DNA of 24,724 bases from a virus (taxonomy: Duplodnaviria; Caudoviricetes). Both the position numbers and the translations under genes were made by a program. The notes beneath the pieces were generated by a model, which was not told where the DNA came from, ran no database searches, and saw only the letters and a program-made list of their open reading frames with translations. Positions 17,502-24,724 of the stretch are shown here, one piece after another (the first letter of the stretch is position 1; each line of letters starts with the position of its first letter). The DNA lies in the IMG/VR virus record IMGVR_UViG_3300044724_004958, positions 1 to 24,724 of that record. One strand, written 5' to 3'.

Positions 17502-17633
17502 TTAAACCTCTTCTAGTGAGTTAGTTAGAATTTCTATCACTTCCTCATCCTCTTGCTTGGCAGCTTCCAACACTGCCTCAAGCTCTTCTTGATCCAACTC
17601 AAGAAGTTTCATGGCTAACATGGTTAATGTCAC
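17502..17633 (-). CDS. Small acidic helical protein (43 aa), below the ORF-track cutoff
   Basis: GTG overlaps the TGA of 17630..17995 (GTGA); reads MTLTMLAMKLLELDQEELEAVLEAAKQEDEEVIEILTNSLEEV* and ends 1 nt before the propeller-2 ATG, exactly filling the gap. Alternative ATGs at 17621 and 17612. Confidence 0.65.
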   Translation of the reverse strand: MTLTMLAMKLLELDQEELEAVLEAAKQEDEEVIEILTNSLEEV

Positions 17634-17995
17634 TTTTCAATACTCGCACAAGATGCAGTATAACTATCATACCACGCTTCTACTTCTGCGGTAACTTCTG
17701 CATCTGTCTTGTCACGCCAGTTTTCAGTGTCTTCCTCCTGAATGATTGAATCAGTTTCTGAACCAGTGTAAATACGTTCAGGGGTAACTGCATGCAACGC
17801 AAGTTGTCTTGTAACCAGCTGTGCTTTAGTTAATGTTTCCACCGTGTCTGGAATGTAGTATTCCGCGTTATCAACAATCCAACCAATCATAGAGTGATCA
17901 GTAGAGACAAAGTTTCCACCCTCACGAATCCAGTTAGGCGTCTGTCTCTGTCCTCTGGAGCCTACGACATGTAATTTATATTCTACGACTGCCAT
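17630..17995 (-). CDS. Hypothetical protein (121 aa)
   Basis: Tightly coupled ORF with GAGGA RBS; no recognisable catalytic motif. Confidence 0.8.
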   Translation of the reverse strand: MAVVEYKLHVVGSRGQRQTPNWIREGGNFVSTDHSMIGWIVDNAEYYIPDTVETLTKAQLVTRQLALHAVTPERIYTGSETDSIIQEEDTENWRDKTDAEVTAEVEAWYDSYTASCASIEK

Positions 17996-17996
17996 T

Positions 17997-18932
17997 TTAG
18001 TCCTCGTTTATGTTTTTTGGGAGTGCTAGTTTATTTATGTCAGAGAATTCTTTCAGCGGCTCATCTTTAAATCCTCTTAACTCCATTACTTTTTTGTCAA
18101 CCTGATAAAAATCTATTAATTCGTTAGTCATATTGTCAACAAATTCATGCAATTTAGATACATCCCAACTTTCATCTTCTTCTTCGGATGCAACATAGAT
18201 ACGAATAGCTTTCTGCACCTTCATTGGATTGACGCCAATCTGCTCCATATATTCTTGCTCACCTTTAGTGATTGAACCACCCTGACGAACATCACGAATA
18301 CACTGTACAAGCGACCTCTTTAGATGCGACTTACTTTCTTCTAGTTCAACATCATATTCACTAAAAGAGTTGACACGCTCCTTAAGCTGCTCATACATAT
18401 CGTTCATTGCGAGAACATCCTTCATCGCACCTTCTATGTAACGAGCGCTTTCAACCATACCTTCTTGAAGTTCTGCTAGCTTAACTTTAAGGTCAATCTC
18501 TTTCCAATAATCCAAAGTACCATCTTGATTGCCTTTATCCAGCTGCTCTTGAATTTTCTGTATCTTAATCTCATTCTTAACATGCTTCCACTTTGCAGTG
18601 TTCAAAGCACTTTTCTTGGAAGATATCTCAGCAGATATCTGCCGCATATTTTTCATGGGAGAGTGATAACTAAAATTGATGTGCTTCCATATCCATTGAG
18701 TGTGGCTGTGGTTCCAAATTGTCTCTAACTCACCAACGTTTGCGAGAGCTTTATCAACCTGTTGGGAGTTTTCCATCAACGACTTGCCACCAAAACTCTC
18801 AATATTGCCGAGAGTACCGTGACCAAATACCATACTTAACGGAACTTTTTTGTCTTCAGTAGTTGCAAGCTCTTTGTTGTTGGCAATAGCATCTACAATA
18901 GTTAATTGTTTTTTATCATCATTATCTGACAT
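17997..18932 (-). CDS. Hypothetical alpha-helical / coiled-coil protein (probable start ATG 18932, MSDNDD...)
   Basis: Heptad-like central region (MRQISAEISSKKSALN...KIQKIQEQLDK...LKVKLAELQEGM); AGGAG at 18944-18948 and the upstream stop at 18934 favour 18932 over 18956. Confidence 0.8.
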   Translation of the reverse strand: MSDNDDKKQLTIVDAIANNKELATTEDKKVPLSMVFGHGTLGNIESFGGKSLMENSQQVDKALANVGELETIWNHSHTQWIWKHINFSYHSPMKNMRQISAEISSKKSALNTAKWKHVKNEIKIQKIQEQLDKGNQDGTLDYWKEIDLKVKLAELQEGMVESARYIEGAMKDVLAMNDMYEQLKERVNSFSEYDVELEESKSHLKRSLVQCIRDVRQGGSITKGEQEYMEQIGVNPMKVQKAIRIYVASEEEDESWDVSKLHEFVDNMTNELIDFYQVDKKVMELRGFKDEPLKEFSDINKLALPKNINED

Positions 18933-18933
18933 T

Positions 18934-20178
18934 TTATCTAAATCTCCTGGCTCCATGTATCCAAATGACTAACGCGTACCGCTCACCATATTCAATAGGA
19001 GTCACCCTATGTGGCATATAACTTGGAAATAAACTTATTGCACCTTGATCTCTAGGCGCCATGATTTGCCCACCGTGATCAAATATTTCAAGATTGCATC
19101 CTTCATATTTATCTGGATCAGTCAGCTGGACGGTCAAAGAAATCTTACGGGTAGCTGATTCACCTTTACCAGCATCTACATGCCAATCATAATGCCCTGG
19201 TACATCATCGGTTGCGCTATAGTGAATCAATTGGAGTGAGTGTGTGATTCCTACTAAATCATAGTCAAAATGCTCGCTGTTAACTACGGAAACAATTGTA
19301 GCCACTTTTTCAAATATCCAACGATATTGACTTATGTTTTCTATAAGGAAAATATTAGCCGATCGTATGTCTCGTTTGATAGCACCGTCATCCCCACCGC
19401 CAACAGAGGCTGATGTCGGATACGCTTCTTGAAAATGTGATACTATTTTTTTACACTCATCTTTTGTAAACATCAAGGATGGTGCATTGTCAGGATTAAT
19501 TGACGCGTATCCCGGCAATGTCTGATCTTTACTTGGAATTATCACTCCATCATATATTGGTTTTCTATACTCAACGTCTTGCAAACTATCTTGCATGGCG
19601 TTAGTGTTAACCTTTGTTTCAGCATTGGTGCCTAAATGGGGTCTCTTGTCAAGCGCATAGTCCTTATAAGGTCCGTTTGCATCGACGTAGTGAAGAAACA
19701 CTTGTACATGCCAATTACCTTTAAACGGCTTACGCCAGTGACATATCTCACATCCCTTATATACGGCTATATCTCCTGGTTCCAAAGTTACAAATAATTC
19801 CTTTTCTTCGTCAAAGTAAATAGGCCAGTTAAACTTTGCATCATAACCGAGAGTCAGAGTTGCACTAATCTCACAAGATGGTCTATCTTTGTGCTTTTTT
19901 AGGATCTCTCCTGGGCGATATATTCTAGCATATGTGTATGTTGGTATTAGTTGTTTACCGACATGGTTACCTATTGGTTTAGCAAAGTCAGCAAGCAACT
20001 TATCAAACACTGGATCACCGTAAATAGCGTCTGATTGTGGGCATTGATTGTCTTTAGTCAGTTTGCCTTGCTTATGAAGGTCAAACATATGATTTGTAAG
20101 TTGCCTACACTTATCTTGATCCAGCGCCCTTTCTAAAACTACGTATTTGTTTTGTTCAAAGTATTGTTGGGTGCTCAT
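18934..20178 (-). CDS. Tandem two-domain 2OG-Fe(II) oxygenase
   Basis: Domain 1: YARIY..GEILKKHKDRPSCEIS...HWR...QVFLHYV. Domain 2 (PKHD/P4H-like): YDWHVD...RKISLTVQL...FPSYMPHRVTP...GERYALVIW. Confidence 0.9.
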   Translation of the reverse strand: MSTQQYFEQNKYVVLERALDQDKCRQLTNHMFDLHKQGKLTKDNQCPQSDAIYGDPVFDKLLADFAKPIGNHVGKQLIPTYTYARIYRPGEILKKHKDRPSCEISATLTLGYDAKFNWPIYFDEEKELFVTLEPGDIAVYKGCEICHWRKPFKGNWHVQVFLHYVDANGPYKDYALDKRPHLGTNAETKVNTNAMQDSLQDVEYRKPIYDGVIIPSKDQTLPGYASINPDNAPSLMFTKDECKKIVSHFQEAYPTSASVGGGDDGAIKRDIRSANIFLIENISQYRWIFEKVATIVSVVNSEHFDYDLVGITHSLQLIHYSATDDVPGHYDWHVDAGKGESATRKISLTVQLTDPDKYEGCNLEIFDHGGQIMAPRDQGAISLFPSYMPHRVTPIEYGERYALVIWIHGARRFR

Positions 20179-20765
20179 TACTTTTCACCTATATTAAAAC
20201 TAATAGATATCCTTTCACACTCGCTGTTGCTTGGCTCTACATAATGCTCTAACCAACTCGGAAACAAGATTAAAGCTAGCCTTTCTGGCTGGATTGGATA
20301 ATCTCTATTACGAATTCTATGACCATGTGATCTTACTGCAGGGTTGCATAGAATCAATCGACCACTATCTTTAGGTACCTGTAAGTAAAATACACCTGAT
20401 AAAATACCTTCGTGTATATGATGTGCATTATAACTGCGTTTTTCATTAACCATTGCCCACATCTCTAGAAACTTTAGATCAGCTGACGTGTAAGGTCTAA
20501 CAACTTCTCTAGCAATATCTAACAGTGAGGAACTAAGCTCCTTAAAGATACCGTGCTCGTGTAGATTGCATTCGGAGTGCCACCCACCAAAGTTACTTTT
20601 AAGAAGTGATTGGTAATTTGCTTTTAAGTCCAATATGTAATCAACATAGTCCATTACTTGATAATGTTGATCGTTTAGTACATACCCCCATATGGGATTG
20701 TAAAAAACGTTATGCTGATTGGGATGCGTTGGGATAGAATCCATCATAAAACCACTTGTGCTCAC
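20178..20765 (-). CDS. 2OG-Fe(II) oxygenase (TIGR02466 / 2OG-FeII_Oxy_5-like); true start may be at the MM near 20747
   Basis: WAMVN....YNAHHIH..ILSGVFYL, LILFPSWLEHYVEP, RISISFNI. Confidence 0.88.
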   Translation of the reverse strand: MSTSGFMMDSIPTHPNQHNVFYNPIWGYVLNDQHYQVMDYVDYILDLKANYQSLLKSNFGGWHSECNLHEHGIFKELSSSLLDIAREVVRPYTSADLKFLEMWAMVNEKRSYNAHHIHEGILSGVFYLQVPKDSGRLILCNPAVRSHGHRIRNRDYPIQPERLALILFPSWLEHYVEPSNSECERISISFNIGEK

Positions 20766-21543
20766 TCAATACTTTGTTGTGGAAACTGTCAGACAGGTTA
20801 CGGACTACAGGATTATTAGTAAGTTCGCGTCTGACTACATGGGAGGTCTTTTCTCTGAAGTATGCGTTATCATGCTCAAACAAATCAGACTGCTGTATTT
20901 TATTTAGGTCGTGATCAAACAACGGTAATTGTAAGAACTGATACATCTCACTAAGAGCCTGTACTGGTTCAGCTACAAGGTCCTCATATCTTACAAACTT
21001 AATTCTATCACTGTGACCGTTTTTCCACAGATGCATTAAGCGAGGCAATTCTTGATACAGTGAAATCGAGAAAGCATTCTCGGTATTAAAGTGATAATGA
21101 TACTTCTCATCCTCACTCATACATCCGTAGCTTTTACCGTCATCACTATATGAGTGCAGAGCCTTGATCCCAAGATTTATCTTATCGAAGCTCTCTGTAA
21201 CATCACGAATATCTCTGATTGTTACTATTAGTTTAGAATTGGGATACAGGTGATGTAATCTAGGCCAGCTACGGTTTTTCGAAACTACAACTGGCTTGTC
21301 AGTCAGTCCATCAAACCATCCTTGTGTAGCACCTTGAACCATGCCATACGTTGCGTTGTCTGCATCTTTTGCATTCATCGCTTGGAATGATTCTCTGTAA
21401 CGAGATTTGGTTATCAAACTCTCAATAGTTTCAGTGAGAGCACAAGTACCGGTTGTGAAAATGGAGGGATTCTGCTGTAGTATGCTCATAAGCACCGTGC
21501 TCCCTGATCGCGGGAGCCCAGCACAAAAATGTATTGTTTTCAT
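20710..21543 (-). CDS. PAPS-dependent sulfotransferase family protein
   Basis: 5'-PSB loop AGLPRSGSTVL, 3'-PB motif RDIRDVTESF, and VRYEDLV.EP...L..MYQFL. Confidence 0.88.
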   Translation of the reverse strand: MKTIHFCAGLPRSGSTVLMSILQQNPSIFTTGTCALTETIESLITKSRYRESFQAMNAKDADNATYGMVQGATQGWFDGLTDKPVVVSKNRSWPRLHHLYPNSKLIVTIRDIRDVTESFDKINLGIKALHSYSDDGKSYGCMSEDEKYHYHFNTENAFSISLYQELPRLMHLWKNGHSDRIKFVRYEDLVAEPVQALSEMYQFLQLPLFDHDLNKIQQSDLFEHDNAYFREKTSHVVRRELTNNPVVRNLSDSFHNKVLSEHKWFYDGFYPNASQSA

Positions 21544-21557
21544 AATATAATCTCATG

Positions 21558-22547
21558 TTAAACTTGTTGTCCTGCTGCATCGCGTCTAGCCTGTGTCAAC
21601 TCACCTACATCAGTGGCGCTAGCATCAGCTGCAAATGGGAACTTGTCGATTGTGTCGACATTGGGTGGAGCAGTACCACCTGATGTGTATCCACTTGCTG
21701 TTGATGATTGTCCTGCGACAGCGAATCTAGCCTGTGTCAATTCACCTACATCAGTGGCACTACCATCAGATGCAAATGGGAACTTGTCGATTGTGTTGAC
21801 ATTGCCTGTTGGACCCTGACCACCTGATCTGTATCCACTGGCTGATGATGATTGTCCTGCTACATAGTAGCTAGCCAGTGTCAACTCACCTACATCGGTA
21901 GCACTAGCATCAGCTGCAAATGGGAACTTGTCAATTGTGTCGACATCGGGTGGAGCAATACCACCTGATGTGTATCCACTGGCTGATGATGATTGTCCAG
22001 CTGCACCCAATCTAATCTGTGTCAATTCACCTACATCGGTAGCACTAGCATCAGCTGCAAATGGGAACTTGTCGATTGTGTCGACATAGCCTGGTGGGGC
22101 AAGACCACTTGATGTGTACCCACTTGCTGTTGATGATTGTCCTGCGACATAGCGTCTAGCCTGTGTCAATTCACCTACGTCAGTAGCATTGGCATCAACT
22201 GCAAATGGGAACTTGTCGATTGTGTCGACTTGGACTCCGGAAACATCACCACCTGATCTGTATCCACTTACTAATGATGATTGTCCTCCGGAACCGCGTC
22301 TAGCCTGTGTCAACTCACCTACATCAGTCGCACTGGCATCAGATGAAAATGGGAACTTGTCGATTGTGTCGACTCCGGCTGGAATACCACCACCTGATGA
22401 GTATCCAGAAACCGACCCTTGAGCTTGAGTTGGGGTGAGGCCACATCCATAAAAATCAAACCGTCCAGAAACGTAAATACCAGCAGGATCAACACAGATG
22501 GATTGTGACCCAAAATTTATACAATTTCCGCAAACCGTAATAGCCAC
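21558..22547 (-). CDS. Six-repeat Kelch-like beta-propeller protein with Cys-rich leader (paralog 1, near-perfect repeats)
   Basis: Six 47-48 aa repeats SGYxSGG-var-VDTIDKFPFAxDAxATDVGELT-var-GQSS; GTG start 2 nt after the fibre stop. Confidence 0.85.
   Translation of the reverse strand: MAITVCGNCINFGSQSICVDPAGIYVSGRFDFYGCGLTPTQAQGSVSGYSSGGGIPAGVDTIDKFPFSSDASATDVGELTQARRGSGGQSSLVSGYRSGGDVSGVQVDTIDKFPFAVDANATDVGELTQARRYVAGQSSTASGYTSSGLAPPGYVDTIDKFPFAADASATDVGELTQIRLGAAGQSSSASGYTSGGIAPPDVDTIDKFPFAADASATDVGELTLASYYVAGQSSSASGYRSGGQGPTGNVNTIDKFPFASDGSATDVGELTQARFAVAGQSSTASGYTSGGTAPPNVDTIDKFPFAADASATDVGELTQARRDAAGQQV
21561..22415 (-). repeat. Six tandem 141/144-bp coding repeats
   Basis: Core g(c/a)aaatgggaacttgtc begins at 21631, 21772, 21916, 22057, 22201 and 22345 (spacings 141, 144, 141, 144, 144). 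Confidence 0.95.
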
Positions 22548-22549
22548 GA

Positions 22550-23275
22550 TTAACTCTCTAACTTATCGTTGAGTTCTTTAATAGCCTGTACTAGAACACC
22601 AACAAGCGCACCGTAATTGACACTCTTCATTCCCTCGCCATCTGTCACAACAACGTGTGGTATAACTTCTTCAACTTGCTGTGCAATTAAACCAGTGCTG
22701 TGCTCACCGTTCTTCTTCCAAGTAAAGTCAACACCGTTGAGTGACATAACCTTATCAAGTGCGTTTGAAATGGTCTCAACGTTCTCCTTAACGCGCTCGT
22801 CAGAAGTTGCTGTGAATATAGGTGCACTACACACACCGGTGCTTGGATTGAACGTAAACGCCCCGTTGTCAATACCAGCAAGAGCTTGTGTTCCTGAAGT
22901 TTCATTGGTAAATACAATGTTGTAGTTAACAGCATCAGACTTATCAGTAACGGTAGCACCTGCAGAAATACCAGTCAAAGCTGAACCATCACCAGCATAA
23001 GAGTTAGCTGATAATCGGCCTGTATGAGGATTAAAGGTAAAAAAAGAATTGACGTTAGCAGACACCATCGTACCACTGGCTATACCAGTAAATGGCACAA
23101 ACAGCTCTCTGTTTAAAGATGTCTGACTTGCTACGGTTGAACCTGCATTAGTCAAATTACTTCCATCGCCACTAAACGATGCAGCAGTAACAGAACCCGA
23201 GGCAGTTATGTTTACAATATTGTTGGCGTTTCTACCATTATCAATGACAGTAGTACCCGATACTTTGATAGCCAT
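22550..23275 (-). CDS. Short fibre protein with C-terminal peptidase S74 intramolecular chaperone
   Basis: Two (F/Y).GDGS.LT...FTFNP.TG repeats; C-term TSDERVKENV...GVDFTWK...GLIAQQVE...SVNYGALVGVLVQAIKEL; AGGAG RBS. Confidence 0.87.
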   Translation of the reverse strand: MAIKVSGTTVIDNGRNANNIVNITASGSVTAASFSGDGSNLTNAGSTVASQTSLNRELFVPFTGIASGTMVSANVNSFFTFNPHTGRLSANSYAGDGSALTGISAGATVTDKSDAVNYNIVFTNETSGTQALAGIDNGAFTFNPSTGVCSAPIFTATSDERVKENVETISNALDKVMSLNGVDFTWKKNGEHSTGLIAQQVEEVIPHVVVTDGEGMKSVNYGALVGVLVQAIKELNDKLES

Positions 23276-23305
23276 CTTCGTCTCCTAGACTATTAGCTTT
23301 TATTG

Positions 23306-23313
23306 TATTTATG
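23306..23313 (-). promoter_or_regulatory. Probable late promoter variant CATAAATA for the fibre-propeller-enzyme operon
   Basis: 7/8 match to TATAAATA, intergenic, about 31 nt upstream of the fibre ATG. Confidence 0.65.
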
Positions 23314-23314
23314 T

Positions 23315-23917
23315 TTATGAGAATTCAATCCAACCTGTCATTATGTATTTAATTCCTCTCAAAGGAGGATTGCCTCGGTGGGTGTGTGTGTAACTAGATG
23401 GAAAGATTACCAATCTACCCTCTTTAGGAGCTACTCGTTGGTTTTGGTAGAGAAACTCTGTCTCACCACCCTCTGGTACATCATTTAAGAATAACGTGTA
23501 TGTACCTAGTCTTCTAGAATGTTCAATGCAGTCTTGCTCACAGTGCCATACGTGGTATCCTCCACCAGGCATAGTCTTTTGAACTTTGTAGGTAAAGATG
23601 GTGTGTTGCTTCATACTATTGATGGTATCAAATTCTTCACAATACGATTTATAACACACATCCCAAAATGCTTCGTTAAACTCTTTAAGATAAGAGCCGA
23701 GATGTTGCCAGGTAAAATCTATGTCCCAATAGTTTAACGGACTAAGACCAGTGGCTTCATCATCCTTTACATTTTTTGTAGCTTCTGTTCTATTCCAAGT
23801 TCGGTTGTTTTCACTGGCCCATTCAAAGTATTTGATAACACCTTGGCAGAACTCTGTAGAGACTGCATTGTCGTAGTAACGAATAAAAGTTTCGTTATAA
23901 TCATGTGGTATTTCCAT
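23315..23917 (-). CDS. 2OG-Fe(II) oxygenase, prolyl-4-hydroxylase-like (HxE type)
   Basis: KVQKT.PGGGYHVWHCE, LFLNDVPEGGETEFLYQ, VIFP..YTHTHRGNPP, KYIMTGW. Confidence 0.92.
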   Translation of the reverse strand: MEIPHDYNETFIRYYDNAVSTEFCQGVIKYFEWASENNRTWNRTEATKNVKDDEATGLSPLNYWDIDFTWQHLGSYLKEFNEAFWDVCYKSYCEEFDTINSMKQHTIFTYKVQKTMPGGGYHVWHCEQDCIEHSRRLGTYTLFLNDVPEGGETEFLYQNQRVAPKEGRLVIFPSSYTHTHRGNPPLRGIKYIMTGWIEFS

Positions 23918-23923
23918 TAACTA

Positions 23924-24520
23924 TCATCTCCAATCTGGACCTTCACACCAACCAACAAGACTGTATCTAGTACCTGACGTTACAGGAGTAACTTGGTGAT
24001 TTACAAAAGACAAAAAGACACTGGTAGCACCTTTTGATCTTTGTACGTCAAATATCTGTCCACACGGAGCTAACTTAAGCACACCACCTTCGTAATCTTC
24101 GGGATCACTAAGTTGAGTTACAATCGATATTTTCCGTTGCTGTACTATTTCGGTATTATTAGCTTCTGGTGCATTTCGCATGTCCCAGTGCCAGCTGTAG
24201 TGATCACCAGTACCGTGATATGTTGTAAACTGTAGGGACTGTAGTGGCTCTACATCGACATTAAAGAGAAGTGTGTTAAGGCGATTTACTGCGCCATCGT
24301 ATCTTTCAAAAATCCAATTTGTATTTTTATCTCTGTAGATAAAAGATACGTTGCTACTTCGAAGTTCAGGACCAGGCTCGACTTCAGCACCAGGAGTACC
24401 AACAATGCCTTTTGATGATTTTAACGATGTACCTATCTCTATTATTTTTTCAATTTCACTGTCACTAAAAAGATCAGCCCACGAACCTATAACGTCACGC
24501 TTAGATATAGAATGTATCAT
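23924..24520 (-). CDS. 2OG-Fe(II) oxygenase, PKHD/P4H-like
   Basis: LQFTTY....DHYSWHWD, RKISIVTQLSDPEDYEGG.L, VF.SFVNHQVTPVTSGTRYSLVGW. Confidence 0.92.
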   Translation of the reverse strand: MIHSISKRDVIGSWADLFSDSEIEKIIEIGTSLKSSKGIVGTPGAEVEPGPELRSSNVSFIYRDKNTNWIFERYDGAVNRLNTLLFNVDVEPLQSLQFTTYHGTGDHYSWHWDMRNAPEANNTEIVQQRKISIVTQLSDPEDYEGGVLKLAPCGQIFDVQRSKGATSVFLSFVNHQVTPVTSGTRYSLVGWCEGPDWR

Positions 24521-24536
24521 AATTTTTCATCATAAA

Positions 24537-24724
24537 TTAACTACTCGAAATATAGCTGTTAGCTGCAACCTGAGATGCTAACTCTGAATTTTTTAACGAC
24601 ATGTACTTTTGCTTCTTCCATGTGGAAAGCGGTGCATACATTCTAGCCGAAGTTTTCAAATGCTCTATTAAAGGAATACTCTCTTCGTTATCGTAGTCGG
24701 GATGTCTTTCTACCGAATCTATTT
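24537..24724 (-). CDS. 3' end of a hypothetical protein entering from the right edge
   Basis: Open frame ...IDSVERHPDYDNEESIPLIEHLKTSARMYAPLSTWKKQKYMSLKNSELASQVAANSYISSS* ending in TAA at 24537-24539. Confidence 0.55.
   Translation of the reverse strand, partial: IDSVERHPDYDNEESIPLIEHLKTSARMYAPLSTWKKQKYMSLKNSELASQVAANSYISSS

Noticed and set aside
15563-21543. DNA hypermodification pathway as the role of the oxygenases and transferases
   Set aside because: No TET/JBP-like, thymidylate synthase-like, nucleotide kinase or T4 alpha/beta-glucosyltransferase features were seen, and the genes sit among late structural genes. Disfavoured, not excluded.
21561-22415. Possible CRISPR array (conserved repeats alternating with variable segments)
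   Set aside because: The period is 141/144 bp, always in frame, inside an intact ORF with protein-level paralogs; no cas genes or leader are present.
270-24581. All plus-strand ORFs in the track, and short alternative-frame minus ORFs (e.g. 4519..4701, 5642..5848, 14554..14826, 16492..16728, 22319..22513, 22687..22959)
   Set aside because: They overlap well-supported minus-strand genes, lack recognisable motifs, and look like antisense or frame shadows; the similar plus ORFs over the propellers simply mirror the repeats.
1-24724. Alternative genetic code (stop-codon recoding)
   Set aside because: Core genes are full length under the standard code, and TAA, TGA and TAG each end genes at sensible boundaries.

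Overview
The window is a segment of a large T4-like (myovirus) phage genome, probably from an aquatic or environmental host. Every credible gene is on the minus strand. Read in the direction of transcription (right to left), it first carries a ~10 kb accessory island (14.5-24.7 kb). The island holds four 2OG-Fe(II) oxygenase genes (five catalytic domains), a sulfotransferase, a GT9-like glycosyltransferase, an S74-chaperone fibre, three paralogous six-repeat Kelch-like beta-propeller proteins with Cys-rich leaders, and three uncharacterised ORFs. The canonical T4 morphogenesis block follows: gp13, gp14, gp15, gp16, gp17, gp18, gp19, gp20, gp67, a core-like ORF, a small ORF and gp21 (truncated). 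That block is interrupted by a siphovirus-type minor-tail-like gene between gp19 and gp20, and by three fibre genes (one collagen-like) between gp20 and gp67. T4-type late promoters (TATAAATA) and two intrinsic terminators punctuate the region. The best candidate for an undescribed system is the propeller/modifying-enzyme island. Its propellers have homogenised frameworks with hypervariable Pro-rich loops, two of them share an identical junction with different downstream transferases, and the enzymes could hydroxylate, glycosylate and sulfate virion appendages. All family assignments come from motif recognition by eye; no searches were run.
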